Shown: positions 14,380 to 27,641 of the stretch, piece by piece
How the letters are laid out: each line of letters begins with the position of its first letter
Position numbering within the stretch: the stretch's first letter is position 1
Assembly (NCBI GenBank): GCA_034780895.1
Contig: JAUZTB010000064.1
Span: 81,761,779-81,825,778, forward strand
Direction of reading: 5' to 3'
Length of the DNA: 64,000 nucleotides
Origin: Rhynchobatus australiae
Taxonomy: Eukaryota
Made by a program: the position numbers and the translations under genes
The notes under the pieces: generated by a model
What the model was told of the DNA's origin: nothing
Database searches by the model: none
Seen by the model: the letters and a program-made list of their open reading frames with translations, nothing else

Positions 14380-14720
14380 CTTGTAAAAGAAAACGCTCTT
14401 TTCAGTTGACCTCAGCAGGATTGAGCACATGGACTCTGCATCCCAAGGGATAATTGGTTAACACCCAATTGGTGAAGTACCAGGTTCAATATTTAATGAG
14501 ACAATAAAATGAAACCTTATCTGCTGATTGGGATGAATATTCAAGTATGCCTGGCTTCCAAGTCAACACTCCAGCCTCAACAACAACACCAAAAAAAACC
14601 TTAGATTAACTAGTTTGAATTTGTGGTTTATGCTGTGTTGATGACACAGAATGGCAGCAACATTCCCCAATCATCACTGAATGCGAGACATAATTTATTG
14701 CTAAGATGCTTCAAGAGGTT
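14380..14720 (+). mobile_element. Very old Deu-domain-like SINE remnant
   Basis: gagacaataaaatgaaacc..ctgattgggatgaatatt..gtcaacactcc..tcaacaacaacaccaaaaaa..agatta pattern resembles the other Deu-like copies in the window. Confidence 0.4.
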
Positions 14721-15199
14721 GACATACTTGTATAATTGCAAATACTTTTAATCACAACCTCAACATTGGGAATGGGTAGAAAAAGTAGAATGGGTAGTAA
14801 AAGAACAAGGCAAAACTAAGACAGAAAATAATTATTTTGGAGTGCACCCTGTATAAAAAAGGGAAGGGCTGGGCTCAGGAAGACAGAAGATCAGTGAGAG
14901 GAATTCATGGGTAAGAACTAAAAGACTGACAGACTAAAAGAAAAACAATATGATGGAGAAAGATATTACAGTGCTCAAGGAAGCTGGGGAGTAAAATGGG
15001 AATAGATCAAGAAAGACTGAAAAATGGAGCAGGGATTGCTGGATATACAAAGGTGAACTGACCCAAGTCAGTTTGTGGGAGGATACAAGGAGTGGGGTTG
15101 GTGTTCTGAAAGATGATTAAAGACTGCACAATATTGTTCCATGCTAGAAGTTTCAGAACAATTGACGTGACAATATGGATTCTCACCTAATTTTGTCCT

Positions 15200-15545
15200 G
15201 CAATTGAAGAATTAGCCTTTGCCCCACCAGCCAATTGTGAATCACAAAGTGATGGGAGGTGTCAAGTGACATTTACCCACCAATCACCTACTCACTGATG
15301 CTTGGTTTGTGTTCTACCAGAACCAGTCAGCTCCAGATCTCATTACAACATGAATAGCAGAGCTAAATTCGAGAGCTGCGGTGAGAGTAACTGAATTTGA
15401 GTGCAGCATTGAACTCATGGCAGAAGAGAGTGCTGGTAAAAGAGGTCATTTGGATTAAGGGCAAAACCCTCCACTGGCTAATGTGATTCTGGTACAACAA
15501 CAGGTGGCCGTGGCTGTTGGATCTCAATCAACTCTGCTCCAGGGT
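15200..15545 (+). mobile_element. Old CR1/L2-group LINE RT fragment
   Basis: Same family as 10030-10755 (ctcactgatgct..tttg.gttc, agctccagatctcattaca, gagctaaattc, gcaaaaccctccactggct). Confidence 0.55.
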
Positions 15546-15619
15546 AATATTTAGATGCTCTTTAGTAGTGGTAGAAAGGCTTTAGGGAATTAGCAGGTGA
15601 GACACTTGGTGAAGAACGC

Positions 15620-16290
15620 CAGATCTCTAACCTGCTCTTCCAGCCACAGAATTTATGTGGTTGTCAACAGTGACTGCACACATCTCCCCAGGTGTCGGGC
15701 TGTTTGATAACAGTGATGTCATTGAACGACTAGAGATGTCAGAATGGCATTTATCAGCCCAAGCCAGAAGATGTNNNNNNNNNNNNNNNNNNNNNNNNNN
15801 NNNNNNNNNNNNNNNNNNNNNNNNNNNNNNNNNNNNNNNNNNNNNNNNNNNNNNNNNNNNNNNNNNNNNNNNNNATTGAACGACTAGAGATGTCAGAATG
15901 GCATTTATCAGCCCAAGCCAGAAGATGTGCAGCTCTTGCAGCACATGAGCAGGGCTGCTCCACTTTCTGAAGAATAGGTAATAGAAATGATCCCTGTGCA
16001 ATGATGGAAAGAAGGTTGTTGATGAAATAGATGAAGACAACTGGCCCTGCACCAAAGAATTCCTGCACCATGAGGTGGATGATTAGCCCATATAATTACA
16101 ACCATTTTCCTTTGACCAGGTTATGATTCCAGCCAATATCACTGACTCCCCTGATTATCACTGATTTCAGTTTTATTAGGTTCTTTGGTGTGATATTTGG
16201 TTAAACAGTTGCCTTGACAACGCCAATTCTCATCTTGCCTTTGGAATTAAGCTCCTTTGTCTGCATTTGGACAAATACTGTAATAAGACT
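15620..16290 (-). mobile_element. Old CR1/L2-group LINE RT fragment, opposite orientation
   Basis: Minus ORFs GPVVFIYFINNLLSII and LLAWADK; same family as the adjacent plus-strand fragment. Confidence 0.6.
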
Positions 16291-16769
16291 TGGCACCTCT
16301 CTCTGCTACCTGACGTGAGGATTATTTCCAACATGCTTTGTTCTTGTTTCTAATTTTGAGAAACAATTTTTTGCCTCTTGCAAAACTTGTTCTCACTTCT
16401 GCCACTTAACTTGTTCTTCCATTTGACAAACTCTGCAGTACTTCCTTCACTACAAAGGCAATTATTTGACAGTAAAATGCTCCTTTATGCTGTCAGGAAG
16501 CAGGAACTGCACATAGTATTAAGAATGTTGAATGTAGCAGCCTGCCATCTTCAAACCAGCTGAACCAACTGAAGAATTGTTGCTTCTTAGTTTTAGGATT
16601 TCTGTCTCCACTCTCCACGTGCTAAACTTTTGATCTCAAGAAGGAAGAGTTCCCACCACATCACTTCCACACACCTCTCAACAGCACAGGTGAGGCAGCA
16701 GCTTACCAGTCTGCTTATCTAACCGATGATGGGGGATAAGACAGAGTAATGAAAATAAAGAGGTGTGTA

Positions 16770-17070
16770 CCTGAAGTCCCACACCACCAGGTTCAAGAAC
16801 AGCTACTTCTCTTCAATCATTCGATTCTTGAACCAACCAGCAAAACCCTAGTCACGACAGTTTAGCAACACTTTGCACTGAAATGGGCTTTGTGTTTTTT
16901 TGTTCTAATTGTGTTCTTTCTTGTAAAAATTGTGTAAAATATATGTTTAATTGATGTTTTTTTTGTCAATGCTGCTTATCTGATGCTATGTGCCTGTGAT
17001 GCTGTAAGTTTTTCATTGCACCTGTGCATACATGTACGTGTGCATATGAAAATAAATTTGACTTTGACCT
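16770..17070 (+). mobile_element. Rex1/Babar-type LINE 3' end and UTR
   Basis: ctgaagtcccacaccaccaggttcaagaacagctacttc (LKSHTTRFKNSYF), T-rich UTR and aataaatttgactttgac tail; near-identical to 55910-55995. Confidence 0.85.
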
Positions 17071-18544
17071 TATATGTTTCAAATCAAAAAGAACATCTGA
17101 GAACAGTTTTTTATGCCCTTACAGAAAGAAAGCAAAACAGTTTTCTTTCAGAAGCTTAGAGAAATTATTCATTATTTAAGTCCAGCGCATGTGCCATCCA
17201 TCTGAGGTATAAAGTAAAGCTTTCATTACATCAAAGGGAACTTTAGTATGTTTTAATTCCAGTAGAACTCCAGTAGAATATGCAGGAAGTAGATAAAATG
17301 TTCTGTTTCCACATTCAGAGCAAACTTTTAAAAGCTAGTTATTGTGTAGTGGAGCAACCAGCCCTGTTGCAAACACACAATGTAGAAACAGTCTCTTTAG
17401 CCCACTGAGTCCGTGCCAACCATCANNNNNNNNNNNNNNNNNNNNNNNNNNNNNNNNNNNNNNNNNNNNNNNNNNNNNNNNNNNNNNNNNNNNNNNNNNN
17501 NACGTCGACGAGAAACAGCAGTACTCATCGTAAATGGAGTCACTATAGAGCCAAACACAGTTTTTGGTCATTGCTTTCTGCTGTTTCCATCTTCAATGAA
17601 TCACAGAATGAATGGCTAAATGATTGTTGAACAATTATCTCCTTGCTGACCTCCTGTGGTCGCTCCCGAGCAAAAGCTGTATGCAATTACATTCCACAGA
17701 CCAGGAAAGTTCATCGATAATGAATCAGCTCAAGACTGGCGGTCATGCATTTGCCACTTGATTTAGAAGAAGTTTCTTGTTCCCTCTACGAATATTGACA
17801 TAGTCCTAGAGATCCCCTGTCCTGATATTAAAAAGCATAGTTTACTGAAAGGCAAAAAGAGTGCATAAAGAAACTGGAATGGCATTCTAGGAGAAAAGAC
17901 AATAAAACTAATGACCTTGCAGCACCTGGGACGGGATTTCTAACGGTAGCTGGCATTACATTAAGGAGTCAAAATCTTCAGTGAAAATATCATTGGCTAT
18001 ATCTTTATGAGATGAGTCATTGCACCATATCCCCTTAACTGTACAAAACAGACCCAGTAATGGAAACCTGGAAATTCAATGTCTCTCCACGAGTGCATTG
18101 TAAATATATTCTCAATTAGAGACTAGTTTCCAATAAGGAATTCAGCTATATGGACCAGACATATCTTCATTTGATACCTGGTTGGTGCAGGTTCAGCTGA
18201 TCTTTGTGAAGTCAGAAGTCATGAGTTAAAACTGGCTTCAGCATTCAAGTGGTCAACTAGGATTTTTTCACCACCCTCTCATCCAGAATAGCTGATTACT
18301 GTAGAATCAAACTGCACTGGGGGAGGTCAACCATTGGTGTACCATGTCATCATTAGTCCATGGAATGCTTTGTTAGTTAAAGATAATGAAAAGGTACAAT
18401 TCATAAATGCTCTTTTTGAAAAAAATAGTACTTCGTAATAAAAAAGTGAAATGACTATGGAGAATGGGGCTAAGAGGGAGATTTTTCAGCACGAGTAATG
18501 TAAACCCATTATAACGTTCTGCGATTCACAAGGAAGGTATCAAG

Positions 18545-18720
18545 GTTATGTTACTGGACTTGTAATCCAGACAACAGAAATTTGAAAACTCTAATTGTAT
18601 CCTGGCAATCTGAGAATTTGAATCCATTCCAAAAAAATCTGGAAATATGAAGCTCATATTTATCAAAATGTCCATGAAACTAGATGACTGCTACAAACTC
18701 AAATGCTTCACTTCTTTGCA
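18545..18720 (+). mobile_element. Decayed tRNA-derived SINE (same family as 35485-35822)
   Basis: gttactggacttgtaatccaga ... aaatctggaaat ... ccatgaaact shared with the 35.5 kb copy. Confidence 0.5.
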
Positions 18721-19829
18721 AAAGTAAAGCTAAACCTAGAAATCCCCATGCATCGTATCTGGAAGGCTGGATGGGTGTAGTGGCAGCCCATTAATCCCCA
18801 TTTTGGATGTTACCCACCTCCCCCACCACTGCTGCAACATTTGGCTTTGCCTCAGTCAGATGAACAAGTTCCGTCCCAGCTTGCCATTGAAGATGTATTA
18901 TTAGGCAGACGGTTGGAGAGTGGATTAAAAATGCTGATGGCCACAGACCCAGTCTGTGTCAGTGGCATTGGAGCCTGAAACATGTGGGCGGATGGACGAT
19001 TGGTCAGCAGAGGATAGGCATTGGTGCCAGACAAACACAGATGGCTGGTGAGTGGCCAGAATGAGGAAAGAAAAACGCCAGCCTCAGACAGTATTTGGAA
19101 GCCGAGGGATACACATGGCAGATCAGTGGGAGTGCGGTCTTGGACTCGAGTTGGCAGATACAGGGACACAGCTTTGAAGTTGAGAGATCATTGGTGGCAG
19201 GTCAGCGAGTTGTGCTGGCGGAAGGGGTGTGCGATGTGGTTGGTATCATATGGGAGTGGATCATGAGGATGATGTTAAGCTACTGACATAGCCGGCTGGC
19301 GTCCCAATGAAAAGAGATCATTGTCCTGAGAGTGCCAGACAAGTGCGTGCTCCCAGAAAAACATGGTCCAACTTCCCCTGCAATTCTCCAAAAGGAATGT
19401 TATGCAGGGAAATGACTTCATCCCTTGTGTCCCGACACAAAAATCTTTATTTCAGCAGAGCACTAGGGTGACACATGAACAGTTTTGCCCAGACACAAAT
19501 CTCTGGCTTGCTTCGTTCTGGAAAAAAAATCTATTTTTAACTATGTGATGCTGGACAAAAAGTATAATTTGATCAAATTTCTTGGTTCTTATCCTTAACT
19601 AGTCTGGCCGAAAATATGTGACCCCTGTCTAATGTGCACTTCACTCTGAACTTTCCCCAGTGGCCAAGTATCATCAGCTTTCAGCAACAAGTAGAAACAA
19701 ACAGGAACTGCTAGTATTACCAGATCCTAATAATGCATTTTCTTTTCTGGCTGGCAGGAACATTTTTCATTATTAGCTACCCTTAGTGATTGGGACTAAC
19801 AAATTTTGGATAAAATCACAGTTGAGCCC

Positions 19830-20185
19830 ATATCATAGAAACAGATAATTCAACCCAATTGGTCCACACTAGTGTTTATACTCTATAGAAACCTTCTTTC
19901 ACCCTTCTTTAACTAATAATGCCAGAAAAAAGTGCCATTTCTTTCTCTTTCATGTGATAGCTCGCTTTCCTTAAAATGGTTCTCCGCTATGCATTTTGAC
20001 CACCCCTTCAAGTAGCAAGTTGCCCATTCTAACCATTCTCCAATTAAGATAATTCTTAATTCCCTATTGGATTTATTAATAACTCTTCCACAATTATGAC
20101 CCTTGAAGTTTGTCTTCCCTAAAAAAGGGATTTTTTTTCTTCAAGACAATCCTTTTATGATTTGGAATACCTTTATCACATCCCC
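19830..20185 (-). mobile_element. Old CR1 LINE 3' remnant
   Basis: atcatagaa..ttcaaccca head, cattctaaccattctc, ttatgacccttg, ttttatgatttggaatacctttatcacatcccc antisense CR1 pattern. Confidence 0.5.
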
Positions 20186-21139
20186 CTTCCTGATTAGTAT
20201 ATTCTCCAAATTCAGGTGTTGCCTGTGCAAGTCTTCCTTTGAATCTTCCTCAGTGTTTAGTGTGCACACACAAGAGCTGCTGCATGCATGAGGCTAATGC
20301 TTTTAGAATCCTTGGGATTAATGTCAGTATAAAGCCAGCTCCATCTCAACATCATCCATGTAACCTGCCTTCAGCTAAAGACAACTGACAGCTAAAACCT
20401 TTTTTTAAAACCACACAACAAAAAATGCAGCAGGTCTATGTTACAGGACAGGTTTTGTTCTGTAAGCCACAGCTCATGTTGTGTACACAGCAGCCCAGTG
20501 GAGGTCGCATTCAATGCACTGATTCTTACTCCCTGCAGGAAAATTCGCATCAGGTGTTTAAATAACTTTGTAACATGACCCATCTGCTTCTCAGGCCAGT
20601 GCGTGCACAGTCACAGTAACAAACCACCAATGGTTTATGGTCAAATATGTACCTAGCATCATTTGTAAACAGAACACAAACATAAATTGGTAGCTATGGT
20701 GTAAATTGGTTTATGTGAGGAGTTGGGTGGCACAGTGAATTCACACACTGCCCTTAACCTCTGGCTTGATTCCAGAAATAGCTGGTTGGATAATTGCCCC
20801 TTTCAAGTGCTGACTGAGGTCTATCATAACATTTATTTGAAGGTTGTTATATCTGTCTGCAGCAGGTGAAAACTCACACGGTTAAATTGGTCTTCATTTC
20901 TCACAATTAGATACAAGTCTGGAGGTCAACAAGATATTCTGGGAAGAGAAGTAAAATTCATGAAGAGTTTTGTGAGATAATGTCAAGAAAGAATTCTCTA
21001 CAAGCCTGGTGGGATGGGTAGCTTATAAAGTGGTGCACTTCTCCTGCTGTATTCACAGAGCTTCTGCGTGCTCGGGCCAGGGATTTACATTTTATCAACG
21101 ACATTTTAAATACATCCTTGAATTTTTTCTTCTATCTGC

Positions 21140-21880
21140 CTGGTAATCTCTTCCCATGACAGAGCTCGAAATACATTGCCTGCTTCAGGAGTTTGGTGTC
21201 AGGGAATGCAAGTGGTGCGTCCTGTTTAATGGAGTGCAAGTTGGATCCCACTACTGGAGATGTTGGCCTGGGAGAGGACAATGACAACTGGTTTGCTTAT
21301 TCTTCCAGTGAATTTGGAAGATTTTGCGGAGACAGCTTTGATGATATCTTTCCAATGTGTTGAGGTGTAGTTATTTGTCGGGATCACTGCTGCCTGGTAG
21401 ACTATGAGTTTTGTGCTATGTCTGACTTAATCTTCAAAGACCTTTTGCCTCAATTGATCAAAGGCTACACGAAGGGAATGGTGAATTTGAACTTCGCTGT
21501 GTGGTGGCTCTTATGTGTGAGAAGTGGTCTATGTTTTCCAAGGTCTTGATATGAACCCTTATTGTCAAAGGTTGTACAGTGTTGTACAGCAGGGCCAGAA
21601 GGTAGAGAAACTTTGTGTTGTGGACATTTTGCACGAGGCCACCCTCACATTTGTTTCAGTACATAAGTTGACGATGGCCTGGAGTTGACTCCAAGCATGT
21701 GCAAATGCAAACATGGACTACATATTGCAGGTTGACTACTGATGATTGCGTGACCTTCGTTCTGGAGTGCAGTCACTGTAGGTTGAACAGTTTTCCATTA
21801 GTTCTTAAGATTAGCTCCACTCCCATGGGTGACTGTTGAAGGTAAAGTGCAGCACAGTGGCAAGGAAGATTGTAAACAGT
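21140..21880 (-). mobile_element. RTE-clade LINE reverse-transcriptase fragment
   Basis: Minus strand encodes decayed GVELILRTNGKLFNL..L.SRTKV..SVV.LQY.., ENIDHF.., LRQKVFED, TKLIVYQAAVIP, LERYHQSCLRKIFQIHWKN..VLSQANIS. Confidence 0.8.
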
Positions 21881-22339
21881 GACAGGGGAATGATGCAGTC
21901 TTTTTTCACTAGATTGGTTCTGCTGGAAACCTATTAGCTCTTATTAGATGGGAGAAAGAGAATTTGTCTAGTATCTGGTTAACCTTACTCCTCAACTAAC
22001 TTCACCAAAGATTACGCTTGTTTTTATCCCAGGAATGGAGACAGGAGTTTTAAAGGGATCCATTGGTGGCATTCAAAGGACAATTTGCCTTCTTTAATTA
22101 ACTTCATTGAAGATAATATAGGGATTTAAACCAGGGATAGGGGCAGGAGGTGGAAAGTGTACATTCAAAAGATGGGTTGTCATCCCAACAGCCAGGGCAA
22201 GTGAAGGCTAAGTCAATCCAAAGGACTAAGGAATAATTTACTAGCTGGATATAAAACCAACAAAACGAAAATCTGTGCTGCTTTCATGTGGCTAATGTGA
22301 GATAGGAATAATGAGGGCCGTGAAGCAGGGACAGTGACG

Positions 22340-22590
22340 ATGCATTGGTTAAATACTAGACCAATGATGCTCAGAGTTCAAATCTCACCATGATATCCAT
22401 GAGATTTTAAAAGTTAGACATAAGGTAATGATGACAACAAAACTATTGGATTGTCATAAAAAAAATCTGGTTCACCAATGTCCTTCGGGAGAGGAACTCA
22501 GCAGTAAGGTTTGGCTTGTGTCAGTCCAGATCCTTAACTGGAAAAGCAAGCCACTCAAGACAAACACTTCCAATGATGTCCATATCTCCA
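22340..22590 (+). mobile_element. Decayed tRNA-derived SINE
   Basis: gagttcaaatctcacca B-box-like head, aaactattggattgtc..aaaatctggttcaccaatgtcctt, agcaagccactcaag; same family as 35485-35822. Confidence 0.55.
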
Positions 22591-25389
22591 GAGCACCCCC
22601 CTCCCCCAAAATCTCCTTGATTTGCCCTGTTACATGAGGATGGAAAGGGCTGTCAGAAACAAATAATGACGTATTGGGAATAACAAGTCCATGAACATGC
22701 ATGTATTTCTTTAAATGTAGAATGGAGTACAATTTCTGAAATGGAGCACAACATGGAGAAGTATAATGCCACATTAGACCCCTAACTTTCTTCCCTTATT
22801 TACATCAGTGTGCAGCTCCTCAAAAGAAACAAATCAGGCTCGATTATACATTATAAATACCAAATAACAAGCAACAGTTATGACAAGACCCAAATCCTAT
22901 CAGGATGTATCAAAACAGCTACAAGTGCTTGTCAGGCAAAGCAGGGATAGAGTGTGTTGTGGGCAAGCTGATCCAGAAAAGGTAGACACATTAATTATTA
23001 CCCTGTCCTACAACTGCTGACAGAGAGACCAAAGCACATACATTAGCTCTTCAGATTTAGGAAGAAGCCAAATCTCCACAGGTAGCAAAAGGAATTCTCT
23101 TATCAGAGTGTGAAATGTTAATTCAAAAAAACAGCAGAGTTCATATTAGCTAACGGTTCATAGTTCATTCCCGACAGCTATGGGTGCCTTTCACATTGTG
23201 CAAAATGTAAAAGACAATGTGATTGGTTTGGCCTGAGATTGCACAAAGCACTTGGGTAGAGTGGATACAAAATGAACACTCAAATGAAAATCCTGCATGC
23301 ATTTTCTATCACACACACAATTACCTGACAAAATTTATTGCTTCTGCTGCAATTTAGCTGATGTTCAGCTTTATTTTGTTTTAAATGTCAAAAGGGACGT
23401 AATAAGAAAAAAGTAACATTAGAAAGCATCTGGAAGTTCAACCTATTCTCAAATCACTTGTTCGTTTTGTAACCTTGAATTTTCAATGTGTGGATGACAA
23501 TATATTGCAATATCTGTAATCAAAGGGAAAAGTGAATGTGCGAGATATCTACAGGGTGCCAATACCCATTTTCCTCAATAGCTTCTACCCTATAGTCTTT
23601 TTGACTGAAGCATAGTCCCAGCTATTGAGTCCTAGAAGACATCCCCATAAGCTCCACTTTCTAATTTAGGTACACAAAGAATAATCGGAGGTACCATATT
23701 TTAGAGAGCAAAAACTGACATATCGAAAATGAACAATTTCATAATAAACTTATCTGCTCAAATTACAGAAAAATCTAACAGACAAACCAAGGCGAGGGCC
23801 ACTCAGTCTGCTTTCCTTTCAATATCACATCAAAGTTAAGTAAGCAAAAATGATCACTTAATTTCTGCTGGCTCCAGTATCTTCCATTAGTACAAATTAG
23901 AGCTTGCACGTCTTGGTTGAAATCAGCAGTTGGCTAGAGACAGGTAGAATGCTGTAACTTTATCCCAGGTACAGATGACATCATGAGCCTCTGGGATTAA
24001 GTGCCTTCTTTATAGAAACAAACGGAAGCTGAATCAACATATGATTGAATTCCATTTGATGGTGTAAACAACATGTTTCCAAAACAACTCAATTCAGCAG
24101 CCTCCTTACGCCCACCCAGTATGATATGAACAACACAGCAATGACTCAGGTTTATTTTACAAACTGTGCTAAGTTAGCTGATCTCAGGAGTGCAGCAATG
24201 TAACTGGCCTTGATGTGCTTCGGCTAAAGAAAGGCAAGTGCTCCAGGACTCCTGTCCAGATTGGTCTCTGGGGTCCCATAGAGAAAAAGTCTTTGATCAT
24301 GGATGTTGGGTGGGAATGGAATGGGACTTTTGTCTGTGATGCCTGCGAAGGTCAAACAAAAACCTGACAACTGCTATCAATGTTCATATGGGTTGGAGAG
24401 GAGTGAGCTTTTGGTATCCAAAACCCAGCTTGATCAGTACTTTCATGAGACGAGAGGATAAATAAATGAAAAAAAAACGGTGAACAACAAGCATCTCGCT
24501 TTCAGTGACTTGACTGAGGGTGAAGAACAGAGAAGACGCTTCCTTAGCATTGAAATATATCATAGCAACAAAGAATATGGCCCCCAGTACTTAGAGGGAA
24601 GAGCAGAAGATGGGTGAAGCAACCAGATTGGCAGGGATGAAAGTTCCTCCCATGGCCTTTCGTTCTATTTTCCAGTCAAATTGATAGCTGGCCTGACAGC
24701 CATGTCAAGACTGCAGTGAAGGACTGCCAGGGTAGTCTGCAACAATCAGGGTGGTGGGTGGCGGACTGATGGATAGGATTTTTTAAAAATTGGTGAACGA
24801 AGGGAAATCGCAAGGGTCTCCAATTGGAGTTTATCAGGACGCCACAGTGTTTCAAGGTCTATGTTACAGACCACCAAACAGAGAGGATCACCTGATCTGC
24901 AACTGTGTCATCAGATCATTAAGATAGCCAATGAGAGGGCATGAGAATGAGCCCAGTGAAAAGAGCAGCATGGGAACTGATGCATTACATAACTAGAGCG
25001 GGGGGCAGTTCTCCTACTTGGACTTTTCCCTTCTTTTGGTGAAACCAGGGAACTCACCAGTTGAAACAGATGTGCAATATTAATAGGAGGAAAAAATATT
25101 CTCACTTTAATGGTCTATTTAAGTGAATGTGAAGGGTCAGAGTTGTTTGTGTTTTTATAAAGGACCATCCAGGACAACTGATGCACTTCATCTCTTTGGT
25201 TGCTATTATGAACCAGGATAAAGATGCTCAGGAAACTGGGAAAGAATAGGAAAGTGGCATGAGAAACACTGGTTTGTGGGGGGGGGACTGTGAGCAGGAC
25301 CGATGAAGATGATAAGGTCAGAGTAGCAAACTCAAATGTGACCTCCAAGTGGTAAACTCCAACGGAGGCTCCATCTCCTTAGACTTTTC

Positions 25390-25646
25390 CGTAAAATAGG
25401 GAGTGTCTATTTTTCTCAATGGCGAGATTAAGAGCTAGAGGACATAATTAGGGCAGGTAGAAGATTTTGAAGGGATTTGAGGAAATTTTTTTTTCCATTC
25501 AAATAGTGGTGGGGGTCCATAAATCACTGCCTGAAGAAATGGTGGAAGCAGAAACCCTCGGTACAGATATAAAAAATACTTGCTGTAAAAGATGGGATGT
25601 GGGATTAATTTGAAAAGCCCTTAAAAGGGCTAAATGGACTCTTTCN
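25390..25646 (+). mobile_element. Old CR1 LINE 3' remnant
   Basis: gagctagaggacataatt (TRGH-like), tcactgcctgaagaaatggtggaagcaga, gggctaaatggactc tail. Confidence 0.6.
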
Positions 25647-26042
25647 NNNNNNNNNNNNNNNNNNNNNNNNNNNNNNNNNNNNNNNNNNNNNNNNNNNNNN
25701 NNNNNNNNCTCAGATTAGTCGGATACTACATATATGTATGGAAAATATTCTAAACAATTCAAAGTAAATCAGAACTTTTCGGTGAAATTATAAACCCTTT
25801 GATATTTTAACAGATATTTTAATGATTTCTATATGTCTGAAATTCAAACTTTCAGGTTTGCCCCTTTACTTTGTACTTTTTTTTCCACACCTTGCTTTCC
25901 AGTCACTTGATAGAAACAGCCCTGAGCCGTTGGGCGCCCAGCCCTTTCAAGTGCTTAAAGGCAGTCTAACATAACCAGTATGAAAGACAGTATTTTAACA
26001 GAAATTGTCTTTGATAAATGTGTTGGCAGTTTCTAAACTTAC

Positions 26043-26209
26043 CTTTCTATTGTGGATAAATGAACTGATGAGTCCCGAGGCAAAATGATGTTCCAAAGAG
26101 ATTCAGTCAAGATGTGTGTTCAGTAGACTTGGGTATAGCTTTACAAGGGCTTCAGTGCTGGAGGCTGAGTGACAGGAGCAGTTCTTCAGGTGGGTACCTC
26201 AAAGAATAT
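26043..26209 (-). other. Candidate non-coding (5'UTR/lncRNA) exon
   Basis: Perfect donor AAG|GTAAGT at 26043/26042; moderate acceptor tctgttgttacag| at 26210; stops in all frames; about 250 bp from a promoter-like motif cluster. Confidence 0.35.
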
Positions 26210-26439
26210 CTGTAACAACAGATAACTCTCACGAACCTGCCAGCTGAGGCTCAGTGGGTAACACTAGGAACAACTGCGGGCAGACATCTGTCATTCATAA
26301 CAGTTTCAGAAAGGAAGACATTACTTCTAACGTTCACCTGAAACAACTGCAGTGGAAAAGAAAGAACTTGTAATTAAAACGAAAGCTGCGGAGAACGGTA
26401 GACCTGCAATATGAGACTTTTCTTCAGCCGATCAACTGA

Positions 26440-26520
26440 CAGGTCCCTCCTCCTGCGTCAGGTAATCATAAAGGCGGGCATGTCTGATTGGCTGTGAACT
26501 CCCTGGCTATATTTGCATTA
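26440..26520. promoter_or_regulatory. Promoter/enhancer-like motif cluster (CRE-like, GC box, CCAAT/Y box, octamer)
   Basis: TGCGTCA 26454-26460, GGCGGG 26473-26478, CTGATTGG 26484-26491, ATTTGCAT 26511-26518 within 65 bp of sequence not recognisable as a repeat. Confidence 0.45.
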
Positions 26521-27641
26521 CAATTAACTTGAAGCTCTCTAAAGCTTGAAAAACATGTTCAAGTATCCAGTAGTGAGAGATTTATTCCTAAAATAGAGCA
26601 CCATGGATACTCTGTTTACTTAATAACGCTTTCTATCAGAACTTTTCTTGAGGTCCATGAGGACAAGTTAGATTTTAAGACCTGGTGAAGATACTTATCA
26701 GTGAACGGGCAAGAACCATTCACAAAAGGTAGTAGTTTCAGCACATGGTAAACTAGAAAAATAATTGGGNNNNNNNNNNNNNNNNNNNNNNNNNNNNNNN
26801 NNNNNNNNNNNNNNNNNNNNNNNNNNNNNNNNNNNNNNNNNNNNNNNNNNNNNNNNNNNNNNNNNNNNNTGGGCTGATTTTCAGCTTTCCTACTCTCCAT
26901 AAATGAATGTAACACTGAGGAATTCTGCTCCTTAATAGGACCAAGTCAAAATTTCCTCCAAGACATTTTTTGGTGTTAGCACTTGAACAGGTTGCAGCAA
27001 TGTAAATTTAATGCTGACCAGAGGGCTTTGCAACAGATTTCCTCCACAAGTACCAGCTGCAAATCAGGGTAAACCAACCTGGTGTTACAAGAGCATGATT
27101 TANNNNNNNNNNTTTATGATCTAGGAACCAGGTAAGAAAAGACCAGTCAGCCCTTCAAATATGTCCTTCCATTCAGTTAGGTCACATCCGATCTGTTCCT
27201 TGACTACTCAATTTGGTCCATAGCCCCTGTTACTCTTGCCTAACATTAATTCATGAATCTTAACACTGAAGTTTTTAATTAAAATCTTTTAGGAAGCAAG
27301 TTCCAGATTTCTGGAATTCCTATGTGAAGTAGCACATCCTGAGCACCCTAAGACAGCTGGCTCTGATTTTAAATTTGGTTTGCTATCCAACAAGGCAATG
27401 GTGTGACCACTGATTCAATATTCCCACAGAGTCAGCAAGATTGGGTTCCGAATCTCACTGTGTAGCTGTGTGATGCAAGATTGGAACTCCAGCTGAGCCT
27501 TGGTCTGATATTTCTACCTCATGGGCAAAGCTGAACTGTCCAATCGGAAGAGGCTCAGGAATCCCATGTGTGAGGGATGCTTTCATTGGACAGAACTCCA
27601 CAGATGGAAAGAGTCATTCCTAATGCACAGAGTAGCAGGAT

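Noticed and set aside
14760-15120. Purine-rich stretch resembling a Lys/Glu-rich coding exon
   Set aside because: No ORF of 60 aa or more in the track and no splice signals; low-complexity GA-rich sequence.
26060-26095. Hammerhead-like string GAA-CTGATGA-GTC-CCGA-GGC-AAAA-TGATG-TTC
   Set aside because: The catalytic G of GAAA is replaced by A, the cleavage triplet would end in G, stems are only 3 bp, and it is not in a Penelope context; likely chance.
26454-26518. MHC class II or histone H2B gene promoter identity
   Set aside because: No X1 (RFX) box, spacing differs from the SXY module, and no MHC or histone coding sequence is nearby; kept only as a generic regulatory candidate.
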